Shown piece after piece: positions 26,215 to 40,330 of a stretch of 64,000 bases of DNA. Each line of letters opens with the position of its first letter. The first letter of the stretch is position 1. Below the pieces are notes generated by a model. It worked only from the letters and a program-made list of their open reading frames with translations. It was not told the origin of the DNA and did no database searches. The stretch is from Octopus vulgaris (taxonomy: Eukaryota): the NCBI GenBank assembly GCA_951406725.2, contig OX597820.1, forward strand, positions 28,334,001-28,398,000, written 5' to 3'. A program made the translations under genes and the position numbers.

Positions 26215-26657
26215 TTGTGTATATATGTGTTTATGCATATATGTGGATGTATGTGTATATATGTATAAACACGAAATATAGTAATTTTGTGTGCATCATG
26301 TATTCTGGTGAAAAGCCACCAATCTCGCGCATAAATAATAAACGGCATTGTAAATTATTCCCAAAGGCTATAAATCTTACCAAATTAAAATCTTTCAGCT
26401 TCTTTTACTATGTTCTATAACGTCACCAGAGAGGAAATGGAAGCGACAATTACATGAGATGACGCTTTCAGTTATTACTTTTCATGCTAAATCTAACTTG
26501 TAAATGTGGTACGCATTTTTCAAATTGGGAGAAATGGGTTCAATTCAACAGCTTGACAAAGGAAAGGAAAACAGAATAAGTTCGCGAATACATTTATGAG
26601 AGCGAGTTTAAGGAGTTTCATCTTGATATAAATGATCTCCCTGTTGGGTCTACTATG

Positions 26658-27786
26658 CGAGGTCTGAATCAATAAGTATCCGGAGGACTGTTACCATAGT
26701 AATGAAGCTAAAGGATGTAGAGTGAAGCTGCTTGCTACAGATTGACCTTGAACGCTGCTGTGCATGCGCACAAGGTTTTAACGTTCTAGCTCACTTCCGC
26801 TTTTTACAGCAGTCCTTGAAAGGAACGCGTGTAGCGTGTGATCGTCGCATTGACTGTCACAGATAAGGTTTTCTTGTCAGTACCAGCTCAGAATCCAACG
26901 GAATGTTGCAGAAAGTGAATAGAGATGAGAATGTGAATCACACACAAGTGTACGAGTGTTTCAGATGTCGATATTCGCGATGTCGATATAAGGCGGCGAG
27001 CTGGCAGAAACGTTAGCACGCCGGGCGAAATGCGTGGCCGTATTTCGTCTGCCGTTACGTTCTGAGTTCAAATTCCGCCGAGGTAGACTTTGCCTTTCAT
27101 CCTTTCGGGGTCGATAAATTAAGTACCCGTTGCGCACTGGGGTCGATCTATTCGACTTAATCCCTTTGTCTGTCCTTGTTTGTCCTCTCTGTGTTTAGCC
27201 CCTTATGGGTAGTAAAGAAATAGATATTCGCGAACGTTCTGGAAGTCTCGCAACTGACAGAACTGAGAAAAACATCGCAGATGAGCGTCCATCTGTGTAA
27301 GGAAATCGTTGAATCACCATCCGTTAGTTATCAGAGGATGTGCAGATTAGTTACAGTTCAGTCCATTATCACTGAAGATTTGGGTGTGAGACGCGTATCT
27401 GTCAAGTTTGTGCCTAAACTGCTTTCAGCTGACCAAAAAGAGAATCGGGTTTTAGTTGCACAAGTTTTCCTTCCTTGATTATGTCGAGAATGATGAAAAC
27501 CTTTCGGAAACTTTGCGTAGTCCACTGAGCAGATATCGCGATGCCTTTGGCAAGCTTTGATGCGGACTCTCTGCTCAACTTTCTCTGTCATGTTCAATGC
27601 GACGCTCACACACTACACACCTTCCTTCTAAGCACTGCTGTAAACAGTGGAGGTGAGCTAGAACGTTAAAACTTAGTGCACATGCACCGTAGAGTTTCAG
27701 GTCAATCTGTGCCAAGCAGCTTTACTCTGTGTGCTTTAGCTTTGTTTACTATAGCAGCAGTCAAGATTCTTATTGATCAGACCAGG
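26658..27786. mobile_element. Fold-back mariner derivative (two inverted 5' ends) interrupted by a SINE
   Basis: cgaggtctgaatcaataag at the left and cttattgatcagaccagg|ta at the right, with ~210 bp inverted arms. Peptides MTEKVEQRVRIK (minus) and IITEDLGVRRVSVKFVPKLLSADQKENRV (plus; mariner WVPxxL-type motif). Confidence 0.85.
26990..27223 (+). mobile_element. Full-length SINE family A inserted in the mariner derivative
   Basis: aaggcggcgagctggcagaaacgttagcacgcc...gagttcaaattcc...aaagaaatag; gatattcgcga is present on both sides. Confidence 0.95.
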
Positions 27787-27799
27787 TATGGTTTTGGTT

Positions 27800-28455
27800 G
27801 CTTTTTATAGACACAAAGACTGATATTTTGGGAGAAGACCTAGTCAAACGCTTCGAACAAAGCGCGCAAGTGGTTGGTTCTTGTTTCATTGACCCCAGAA
27901 GAATGAAATACATAGTGAACCTCGGTGGAATTTCAACTCAGAACGTAAAGAAGGGCGAAATACCACTAAGAATTTTATCCGGCCTGCTAACGGTTCTTCC
28001 AGATCAACGGCTTCTAACAGGTTACAATCCTTTCCACTATAGCCAAAAGATCTAAAATTTGGGGCAAGGAGCTTATTGATTACATTACCCCCGGTGCTCA
28101 ACTGGTATTTCATCGATCCTGAATGGATGGAGGGTAAAGACGACCTCAGCAGAATTTAAACTAAGAACTTAAAGGCAGACAAAATGCGTCAGACGATCAT
28201 GTGCGACGTGCTAACACTTCTGTTAGATCGCTGCCTTAACCTGTCATAATAATCATGTAATGAAGGTTTAAAATGTTGGTAAAAGGCCAGCAATTCTGAG
28301 GGCGGGACTAACTCGATTACATCGACCCCAGTGCACAAATTGTAATTCCTTCATCGATGCCGAAAGGTGAAAGGTAAATTCGACTTCAGTAGAATTTGAA
28401 CTCAGACACTGAAAACCGACAAAATATTACCAGTCATTTTGTCAGTATTCTAACG
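27800..28455 (-). mobile_element. Three tandem degraded SINE family A copies
   Basis: Repeated tttcatcga..gaa.ga.gaa..gacctc..gaattt.aactcaga motifs. Confidence 0.7.
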
Positions 28456-29209
28456 ATAAACATATAATAATCAACTCCAGTTTATAGTGTTAAAAATTTT
28501 GATACAATCTGCATTATATATATAACATCAAGTTAACATTCAGGAAAATATTACAGTACACAACACCCATAGACTTAATCCACTTTGGCCATTTCAACCA
28601 GCATTTTTACCTAGTAAACGTTTTGTGCTGCACATATCGTATGTATCTTTACTAATTTACGTTACCACAGTATAGTATTCATCGTCTAGAAAACATTTTG
28701 ATTGAATATATCTGTCAGTCATGAAACTACCTCTTACCAATATTCCGTTACATTAACTATTATTAAGGTAGATATAATTCAATAGTTATCCGAGACAATG
28801 TGGCTTTCTCTGTATCGCTGTTTTATATTTTATTAATAAATGCCTCAGCAACGGATATCAGTGAACGTTTATCATGTCTATGAGAGAAAATTTACGTGGT
28901 TAACTACATTATTAGTATATTCAGAGGTACGGAAAATTGTCATGTAACAACCTATTACAGACCAAAAAGCTACGCGTGTATTAACCCACGAATGCACGCA
29001 TTCAAACACAGGCATACACAAATACACGTAGAAGTTATGCACACCTCACCTTACGAATATAAACAGTCACTCAAGAACATATACACATTTTATATATAAA
29101 TATGTATATGTATGTATCTGCGTGTATGTGTGTATATGGAAATATATATATATATATATATATATATACGTATATATATATATACATATATGTAATGTGT
29201 GTATATATA

Positions 29210-29371
29210 GGCGCAGGAGTGTCTGTGTGGTATGTAGATTGCTTACCAGCCAAATGGTTCAGGGTTCAGTCCCACTGCGTGGCACCTAGGGAAAGTGTCT
29301 TCTACTATAGCCTCGGATCGACTAAAGTCTTGTGAGTGGATTTGCTAGACAGAAACTGAAAGAAGCCCGTC

Positions 29372-29437
<66 letters not shown>

Positions 29438-29636
29438 TTATTTATATGCGTGTATATATTTGTGTATCTGTCTTTGTCAACCGATGGTGGTGTGTTTACG
29501 TCCCCGTAACTTAGCGGTTAGGCAAAAGAGACCAATAGAATGCGTACTAGTCCTGGGGTCGATTTGCTTGACTTAAAGGAGGTGCTCCAGCATGGCCGCA
29601 GTCAAATGACTGAAACAAGTAAAAGAGAAAGAGAGA
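29210..29636 (+). mobile_element. SINE family B
   Basis: ggcgcaggagtgtctgtgtgg...gactgaaacaagtaaaagag. Confidence 0.92.
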
Positions 29637-29769
29637 ATATATATGTATATAGAGAGAGAGATTGATAGATAGAATAGAATAGATAGATAGGTTGGTAGAT
29701 AGGTACACATGGTTAGGTAGATAGATGGAAAGACAGACAGACAAGCAGGCAGACAAACAGACAGATATA

Positions 29770-29783
29770 TAGATAGATAGATT

Positions 29784-29855
<72 letters not shown>

Positions 29856-29870
29856 TATAGATAGATAGAG

Positions 29871-29962
<92 letters not shown>
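29770..29962. repeat. (GATA)n microsatellite
   Basis: Seen directly. Confidence 0.95.
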
Positions 29963-29966
<4 letters not shown>

Positions 29967-30126
29967 TGAATACACATTATATATGTATGCATCAATATAT
30001 GTCCATTGTACATATACTTGTGTGTGTGCGTGCGCGTGTGTGTATGTGAGCGTGTGTGTGTATACATATATGTATGTGTATACACATATTTGTAAGTATA
30101 CAAATATAAGCGCAGGTACAAATATA

Positions 30127-30512
30127 GGCGCAGGAGTGGCTATGTTGTAAGTAACTTGCTAACCAACCACATGGTTTTGAGTTCAGTCCTACTGCATACC
30201 ACCTTTGGAAAGTGTCTTCTACTATAGCCTCGGGCCGACCAGAGCCTTTTGAATGAATTTGCTAGACGGAAATTTAAGGGAGCCCGTTGTATGTGTGTGT
30301 ATGTGTGTGTATTTGTGTGTCTGTGTTTATTCCCCAACCAGCGCCTGACAATAGATGCTGGTGTGTCTACGTCCACGTAAGCTAGCGGTTCTGTAAAACG
30401 ACCCGATATAATATGTACTAGGCTTACAAAGAATAAGTCCTTGGGCGATTTGCTCGACCAAAGGCGGTAGTCCTGCGTGGCCACAGCCAAATGACCGAAA
30501 AGTAAAAGAATA
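30127..30512 (+). mobile_element. SINE family B (older copy)
   Basis: ggcgcaggagtggctatgttgtaag...aaatgaccgaaaagtaaaagaat. Confidence 0.88.
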
Positions 30513-30544
30513 ACAGAATATATATATATATGTATAACTATAGG

Positions 30545-30582
<38 letters not shown>

Positions 30583-31409
30583 CTGCTATAACCGGTAATT
30601 CCCGGGTGTAAAGATGTTCTATTGAAACGCCTTATATAAGAAAGCAATTTCGTTTTAACTGCCACAAAAGCTGTATTTTCCGTCACAGAAAAGTACAAAA
30701 GAGCTGTCAGCTGGAGGAGGGAGACATTGTAGGTGGTTGGTGGGAGAGGTTTTCGGAGATTGGCGAGAACGATTGTTGGAGGTTGGTTATAGAGGTTATA
30801 TAAATACATGAATGAAGTGTTTGAAGAAAGTGCAGTTATAACGTTCACACTTACTGATGGTCGCTCTCAGTAACTGCCTTTAAATTACGGAGCTCTTGTT
30901 TTTATAGCTATCGAAAAGCAACCAGAAGGATAGACATATTGTTGAGAACAAATGATTTCGTTGGAAGTGTGTTATCTCCATTCCAGCCAGTGGTGGCCTA
31001 GAAGAGGTTAGAAGGGTCATGCGGCAAGGACATCATTCTGCTTTGCGAAGGCATCTGGGTAATGTATAACTGCTGTCATTCACAGAAAAAAACTATTGTT
31101 TCACTGTGAGAAAAGCGCTGTTGAAGTGTTAAGTGGAATTTGGCAATCGAGGATCGCATCCACGCTATGTCTGGGTGAAGCCACTACAAATAGGTTATGG
31201 AATATAAAATTAATTTACTGTCATGGAAAGTGTGTACCTGTAAAAATGCAGATTCATCGGAGTAATGGGCATTCAAAAAGTATGTATGTATAGAAATGCA
31301 TGAATGAACTAATTAAGGTTTAAGATTCAAATCAAGGAATAGCAATAATAATGTTTAGCAGTTCAAAACTGTGAGTAGTGAAAATTAAAATATTGATCAC
31401 TTCACTAAA

Positions 31410-31900
31410 ATCTGGAGGTGGTATGGGTTATTTCCCTTGGGTTGTTGGAATAAAATATTAGTAATATGTAGTAGATACAGGGATGCATTGGAGGAGCCCT
31501 AAAATCGATTTTTTTTTTTCAATAACCAAAGTATTTCACAAGGTTTCCAGACATGAGTTCTACTTACGTACCAAATAAAGTGATATTGACTGCAAAAATT
31601 ACAAAAAAATCAATATTCAAAGTAATCGAACATAAACAAGGAAATGGATAATTTCTCTTGAGTGTTTAAAAATATATTGTGCAGATGCTATGGGTTATTT
31701 CCCTTGGTTATCAAAAAAGTTAGTTATATGAGGTAGATATAAAGGTCTCATCCAAGGACCGTATTATACATTTTTCAACAATCTAAATATGTCACGAGTT
31801 CTACTCACGTGTCAAGTTTCATTTAAATCAATAAAAGATGAGGAGTTAGCTAACAACACCACAAACGAACACATACCGATTTTCCACATATGTAGTAGAT
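31410..31900 (-). mobile_element. Helitron-like non-autonomous remnant with ~270 bp internal direct repeat
   Basis: tatgggttatttcccttgg and gagttctact.acgt each occur twice. Minus strand starts A|TCTACTACATATG. Confidence 0.45.
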
Positions 31901-32540
31901 ATATATATATTTATGTATACATTCATACGTACATACATACTTACATATATGCATACATGTATTATGTATTATACCGTACACACACACGCACACACACTCA
32001 CGCACAAACACACACACGCACAAACACACACACACGCGCAAACAGACACACGCACACACACTCTTTTGCCACTAACTAACATTAAGACCATTTGTTGAGG
32101 CAAAAATATACGAAGAAGAGTAATTTGAAGCGATCTATGTCGGAAAAAGAGATATATTTATATCTTAATGGTACATCTTCTATGCAATCTCAAGAAACTT
32201 TCTATTCAAATAGATGCAAATGAAAGAATGATGTCGGTACCGAAATATATTCATAAATCATAACCGAATGTTTCCGATAACACGGAAAGCAAATGGGAAG
32301 GTAGACTGTGTTTTCTGAAATATCTAAAATGACGTCTTAACAAAGTGACTTTGTATTTAATTTTTGCACCTTACTCAAGGTCGAAAAAGTTTTACATAGC
32401 AGTTGGTCTTAGAGAACCACCAAGCGATGCATCAAAGTATTTATAAATTGCCATCAATTGATTGTCAGCATTAAATTACTGTGTGTGTGTGTGTGTTTGT
32501 TTATATATGTGTATATATACATATATATATTTATATATAC

Positions 32541-32602
<62 letters not shown>

Positions 32603-33437
32603 GAATTGGAACAGTCAAAAAGAGTGATAGGCGCGAAGAGGACAAAGATTAAGTGGCCGAAAGCAAATGACCCAGCGAGTTCTTCTATATATGGTTGAAG
32701 ACCAAAACTGGGTTTAAAGTCATAACATGCCGGCAGGAAAATAACATCACTAGGTGAGACAAGCTTGGCGGCCTGTCCGAACTCCCTCTAAGAGAATGTA
32801 CTGATTTTGTGCAACCTGACTAATTCTGTTGACTCTGGTGTATTCCATTTTCCTTCCATACACTTCATTCTATCCACGAAAGACTTTCCAACGTCTTCAA
32901 CAATACTGAGTAATGCAAATATAACCACTCATTATTCTTCTCTTTTCCTCCCTCACCCTCTCTGTTCTATTTTACCGACGCTTATCGAAGCTTACTGACC
33001 TCACATAACATCCAGTCTGGAAAATTCAACATACTGCTCTCTACTCTTTTCATCCATCGTAGCTTCCCTACCATCATAGGATTTTCTCTAGCCACGGCGT
33101 CCAGACTTTATAATCTAGAACCTACTCCTTCTTGTATTCTTTGCCTGTGTTCTCCTTTCAGCCATTCTACTCCTAACTGCCAAAAACATTAATGGCATGA
33201 CATCAATCTTATCGGCCTCGAAAGGGCCAAGGTGACAGCTCATTTCTTTAGGCCAACTTTAATGAAAAGATGCATTAGTAGATCTTTAAGTATCGAAGGT
33301 AGAATTCCCAGCAAGATCATCTTTACTCTTTCATCCATCTGTGGTTGATATCATAATTAACATCTAAGAACTTGGCCAGATTAAAATGCCTCACTCTCCA
33401 TCACATACGTAGCCTTATAACCTATTAGTATTATGGC

Positions 33438-33506
33438 TCTTCTTCTTCTTCTTCTTCTTCTTCTTCTTCTTCTTCTTCTTCTTCTTCTTCTTCTTCTTCT
33501 TCTTCT

Positions 33507-33541
<35 letters not shown>

Positions 33542-33613
33542 TTCATCATCATGTTCCTCTTCTCTTCCTCTTCTTCTTATTATTATTATCATAGTAGTAG
33601 TAGTAGTAGTAGT
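33438..33613. repeat. (TTC)n followed by ATC/ATT/TAG triplet tracts
   Basis: Seen directly. Confidence 0.95.
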
Positions 33614-35016
33614 AAGCTTACATTGAACTATTGTTTAGTACATGCATTTGAGTTTATATTAGATAGAGTACTCGAATGCTTTAGTAATTATCAATCACGA
33701 CCACAATCGCATTAGGTCCGTTAATCTATATTGACATTACATATTTATTATCGATATGATTAAGTAGAAATTTTGAGTCACAGTAATTTGAAAACCGGAA
33801 ATTAATGCTTTTGGATCTCCGAAATATTTGGCAGCAGAAATAACAACATGTTTCCAATAAATTTTCTCCAGGAATGCATCAATATAGATAATATGTATGG
33901 TCGAAATGGAATCATTATAATCCTGGCATGATATTCGTGTCAGTTATGAGTACAGATCAAATGCAAAGTTTCCAATAATTCATTTGTGTATGCTAGGAAA
34001 CCAATTTACAACATCTGTTACATGGAATTTGCCAGTTGCTCGATAAATAAGCTATCTTTCGTTAGAAATCTCGAAGAAATCAGTAATACAGACATTATAA
34101 AAAAAATTATCGTGCATCAATGACCTTTATATACTTAAACGATATACTATTTAAATCTCATATTTGATCCAGTTCTCATTCTACAACTGTAAGTTCTGTA
34201 CCTATAAAAGCTATAGCATTTCAATTATCAAGTAATGTCTAGTTTTCGATCTATATTTCTGTCCACTCTGGTAACATACGATGGCAAAATATGAAAACTG
34301 AATTTTAAATCGATTGTGCTAACGAGGTGTTTACGTTTGATTCGATGTCTTTTGGGTAAAATTGGAAAACAAATTCACCATGTCAAATTGGTAGATGAGA
34401 CGCACTTGCCTATTCTAATCAGAACTTTATGTTTACTACACACAAAAAACGAAGCAGCCTTCTTTTCGGATTTGCATTATGATATAAGCATAGTCTTGAA
34501 AGTAGCAGAAGTTTTCACCGTATTTCTATAGAACGGCTGTCGACGTATCAATAAGTAAAGTTATATTCATACAGAAGTATAATATCGATTTATTTTATTA
34601 CTTAAGAAAATTGAAAACAGAAAATATTTCTAGATATCGTTGATGTCAGTAAATCTTAATATAGAGAACATTTTAAAATGCTATTTTTACCCACCGGAAA
34701 AGAGGAGGATAACCTTGAAAGGACATAGCGCCTTTAGTACAACTGTCTCTGTTCATCAGTCCATTAAATGTTCAAGATGAAAGATACGTTATTTCTTATT
34801 GATTTCGCAGTATAATAGAAAATAATGGAAAACAATGTATCATTAGCGATTTGAGAATTAATACTGATATTACTCCAAACGACTACTCGGAATTGGCTGA
34901 TATAAATTAAATCATATCAATAGCATCCAACAATAAATTGAAGCTTTCCTTCAGAATATTCTAGTACCTAATATTTCTGTTATATATATATATATATATA
35001 TATATACACGTATATG

Positions 35017-35095
<79 letters not shown>

Positions 35096-36025
35096 GTGTG
35101 CGTGTGTGTGTGTACGAATATTTGTTTTTCCTTTATATTATTCTGTTTTGTCCCTACTTATTTCCGGTCCTGTTTTTTTTTATATGTTTGTTTCAAGACG
35201 TCAACTTTAATTCATTTCCATTCCAGAATAGTTTCTTAATGCTTGCAACTTTTTTTTTTCTTTCCTTCTCAGCTTCAAACAAAGAAAACTAGTAACAAAT
35301 AAAAGAAATGAGTTTTACCAGTTTTAGTTGCAATCATATCAACGCTAGCAAATACATGCTAACCCTGACCTTTTCCTTAATAATATCTGACGGGTGAAAT
35401 TCTATATTTGCTAAATTATGGAAAAAAATGAAATAAAAATAAAATAAAACAATTAAACGAAATCAGAACTCGTGAAAATTGTTTGGGATACTTTGTATAA
35501 AAATTGATATTATTGATTTTATTTCTTATACAAGATTCTTTTAATATTTATATATTTGTTTTAAGATTGTCTGACAAATCAATAAATATTTGACTGCCGA
35601 CAATAATCTCATCAAAGGCGATAAGAGTTTCTTCTTAAGTGATATGTTATGTACACCAATATTCATACAACAAAAGTATTATAAATTTAGTAGTGATCAT
35701 ATTATTATTTTTTTTTTTAACTTACTAATATCATTTGGTTTACTTTGTATTTGTCACTTAATTTACGTATTCGCCAAATATTAACCTTTTAGGCGATGTA
35801 GACTTACCGAGGATGTTTTCTGTATTTCACGATAATACAATAGTGTTTGTTCACTTCTTCATCGAAGGATATCAACAACTCGTATTTGGACTATATTTCA
35901 ATTGGCAAAGAAAAAAGAATACTGGTGTTATTCTTTCCCAGTGTTTGATACTTAGGTAAATAAACAATTATATTCTATAATTATTTATATAAAATTATAT
36001 ATATACATCATACATACACAAATAT

Positions 36026-36380
<355 letters not shown>

Positions 36381-37515
36381 TGTATGTATGTATGTATGTA
36401 GGTATTTACGCACGTACGTCCGTACATAAGTATGTACATAAGTATGTATGTATATTCATATGAATATATGTAATTATTTATGAGTTCTGACTTATCTCGC
36501 AGGCAAATGAAAGAGGAGATTCAAAGGGTCTAACATTGTGTATGACTATCTTACAAGGTATCCCTCTGTTCCTTTTATTTATATGAAGTTAATATAGAGA
36601 TGTGTGAAGACACGAAGGTGAATACTTCGTCTGAACGATGTTGTTCGTTCCCATGATCGCTAACCGAGTCGTCCTGTCGTTAAACACGCTCCAACCACGA
36701 TCTTCCCATAGTATATATTGTACATAATACCATGTTATCCTATGTGTTTTTACACATAACTATATCACAGATAGAGCAAGAATTATGCACGATTTGCATA
36801 ACTTTGAGAGATTAACCTCGTATAAAAAGGGATTGTCACGATTGGTTTGCATTTAGTCCATAGTTTGTATGAGCCGGAGCTAAACAACTAAAACAACACT
36901 GTAAAAATATTAAACATACAACATTATATTCACAATAGACATTATCATAGTTTTATGACTCTCACTGAACATCACTTCAGGCAAATATCTTCAGCTATAT
37001 CACCGAGTCGACTAATACCCAGAGACATGGCTGGGGCACTTTGGGGATGAACAAGTAGTGTATATACACAGAGCGTTCGAGGGAAATTTGACGATTTGTT
37101 GTTGATGTATCCCTTTTTCTTTTTCAGGAAGAGCTTGATGTAATGCTGAACAATCAACGGCGTTTAGAGCATAAAGATAAAAGTTGTAACTGAGATTAAG
37201 CTATCTAAAATGAAGGTCTAGACGCCGTCTGAATATAGGAAAAGAGTTACTTGCATAATGACGATTAATCCCAGGTATCAAAATGCTGACATCTCGACTG
37301 CTGCTCAATGCTCTGTGAACAACTTAGAGGCTGTAAGACGTGGAATGATAATTGTGAAAACCAAGGTCTCCCAAACTGTGATGGACTTTGACTCTGTCCC
37401 TAGTTAGAATGATATAATGCATTTAGGCTCGACCAAAACAGCCATCTTACGTTGCTAGAGACTGGGGAAAACCTGGCTGTGGAGAGTTACTGCACATATA
37501 AGTGGCAGCAGGATC

Positions 37516-37907
37516 CTTATTTCTTTACTGCCCACAAGGGGCTACACACAGAGGGGAAAAACAAGGACAGATAAACGGATTAAGTCGATTATATCGACCC
37601 CAGTGCGTAACTGGTACTTATTTAATCGACCCCGAAAGGATGAAAGGCAAAGTCGACCGCGGCGGAATTTGAACTCAGAGCGTAACGACAGACGAAATAC
37701 CTGTTTCTTTACTACCCACAAGGACAGATAAACGGATTAAGTCGATTATATCGACCCCAGTGCGTAACTGGTACTTATTTAATCGACCCCGAAAGGATGA
37801 AAGGGAAAGTCGACCGCGGCGGAATTTGAACTCAGAATGTAGCGGCAGACGAAATAACGCTAATGATTTCACCCGGCGCGCTAACGTTTCCGCCAGCTCG
37901 TCACCTT
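37516..37907 (-). mobile_element. SINE family A dimer
   Basis: Two nearly identical ~140 bp cores. The junction reads aaagaaacag|gtatttcgtctg on the minus strand. Confidence 0.92.
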
Positions 37908-39105
37908 ACTTCAAAGAAAATAATGAATCAAATCTCCACGTATCAATACTTCATGCTGAAGGTGTACTCTAATATATATTTTATTTTGCGACAGTTTCAA
38001 AAATGATCGTTTACGAAACATCAACACGAACAGCAACAACAACTGGAGTTTTATAAACGTGAAAGAAAATAAATACATATTATACAAGAATAACTTATAT
38101 TCAGTTACAACTTTTTCTTAGAAACACATTAACTTATTTATGAAAATGGTAGGCGTTATAGTTAAATTCTGTTATATTCTACTCAGTCTTTGCGTGGTTG
38201 AAGGAACAAACACGCGTATACCGATTTATATATACCATCGTTTAAAATATATATGATATAATGGAAATAATATTATACGATTCTAATAATAAATGTACTC
38301 ACACACACAAACACACATATATATATATATACATATATATATTATTGTACAATATTATTAAAATGTGTGTAAACTATATTTGAATGCGTGTGGTTATATA
38401 TATGCACAAGTACACACACATATACACACAGACATATACATATATATATATATACATATATGTTATATTTTCACACACAAACACATACACGCACACATAT
38501 ATACATATATATGTATGTATATATATCTCTATGTATATCTATTAATATGTAATATATACATGAATATACATATATGTGTGTGCGTAGATATCTATACACA
38601 CACGTCTATGCGTGTTTGCACAATAGTAGAGTAGACGTGTAGATGACATTTAAGCACGGCTGTGTAGCTTCTTGATTGAGTCAATTCTTCTTATAACAAT
38701 CAGTTTAATCAACACAGCGTTCGCCATCGCAACTGGAATAATCTGGTGACGTATATATATGTTTTTCTGAATAACATTTACAACAGGCTACCTTATGTAA
38801 GAAGTGGGCTACTTCATATATTAGGTTCGGGTCCTATCTGAAGCTTATTTTTTATAGTTTCATTATAGTCAAGTAAGAGGTCAATTGTAGTCTAACTTTT
38901 TGTGCCTGATAGTATGCTTCGCTTTTCAATACATACCTTACATTTCTTTTGCTTTTACAGTTATTTACACTTTTAGTGCTGTTAACTTTCCAATTGCGGT
39001 CGTACTTGAGTCCCGCGTTCAAATGTGCTAGTTGAACATATCAACTCGTGTCTGCCATTCGTTTCACTTTGATACGTGCTTTTACCAATCATAATTTATC
39101 AAATA

Positions 39106-39503
39106 CTAGTAGTATCGCCCGGCGTTGCTCGGATTTGTAAGGGAAATAACTATATAAGCCTTTTTAGAGAGTTATAGCCAAAAAATAGCAAAACAAATGC
39201 ATTAAAAATGGAAAAAAATTATGGTAAATTTTTTTAAAATCGTTGACTCATCGTAGACATTTTAGAGAGTTACTTCCCTTATATAATAGTGACAAAAATG
39301 CATTAAAATCGAAAAAAAATGATGGTAAATTATTTTTAAAATCGTAGACTCATCGTAGACGCGCGCTAATACCCAGAAGGGCTCGATATGAATCACGACT
39401 ATAAGATACCCGCTTTTGGTTACACTGCACCGCAAAATGTGGGAGTAGTAAGGAATCTAAATCGTAGGAGACAGACACACAACTTCACTTTTATATATAA
39501 AGA
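39106..39503 (-). mobile_element. Complete non-autonomous Helitron
   Basis: Minus strand: host A|TC 5' end, subterminal GC hairpin (ccgagcaacgccggg), CTAG|T 3' end, no TSD, and two ~95 bp internal tandem units. Confidence 0.82.
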
Positions 39504-39504
39504 T

Positions 39505-39718
39505 AATGCGGCGAGCAGGCAGAATCGTTAACACGCCGAGAAAGACGCTTAGCGGCATTTATTCCGTCTTTACGTTCTGAGTTCAAATTCAGGAGAGGTC
39601 GACTCTGCCTTTCATCCTTCAAGAACGATAAATAAGTATCAGTTGAATGCTCAAGTCGATGTAACCGTCTTAGCCCCTTTCCCGAAAACGCTGACCGTGT
39701 GCCAAAATTTGTAACCAT
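39505..39718 (+). mobile_element. SINE family A (older copy)
   Basis: gcggcgagcaggcagaatcgttaacacgccg...gagttcaaattc. Confidence 0.85.
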
Positions 39719-39839
39719 CAAATTTGTTTTCTTCGTTTTATACAGGTTTTATACAGGTGAAGATAAACTTGGATGTGGATACGGATATAAACGTATAAAT
39801 ACACAAACACAAATAAACACACACACACACGCACGCACG

Positions 39840-39907
<68 letters not shown>

Positions 39908-40123
39908 CGACATGCTTCTGCATAGTTTCTACCTTCAGTCTTGAATCTTAGGATATGGCAAGAACATGCAAGTTATAAACTTCCATGTAGAGGGATCGAG
40001 CCTCGAACCATGTACATGCAAAGCTAATTAATTTCATCACAAAAATTTGCTCACACATATACAAATACACAAATATATATAGATATGTTGAGTTCTATTG
40101 GCCTATTAACATCGTCAAAAGTT

Positions 40124-40184
<61 letters not shown>

Positions 40185-40190
40185 ATGTGT

Positions 40191-40330
40191 CATCAGGTGT
40201 CTTAGGAATGAGAACCCATGTTCAAAATTTCTCCAAGACACCTGATGAAGGCTTGAGGGTATATGATCCGAAATGTTGTGTTAATAACAAACAAGATGAA
40301 GACAAATATCCATCAAATGTAAATAATGTA
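40191..40330 (+). mobile_element. Hammerhead-bearing short element (family H4) next to (TA)/(TG) tract
   Basis: 40237-40282 reads GACAC-CTGATGA-AGGCTTG..TGATCC-GAAAT-GTT-GTGTT. Stem I is GACAC/GUGUU; stem II is partly decayed. Confidence 0.65.
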
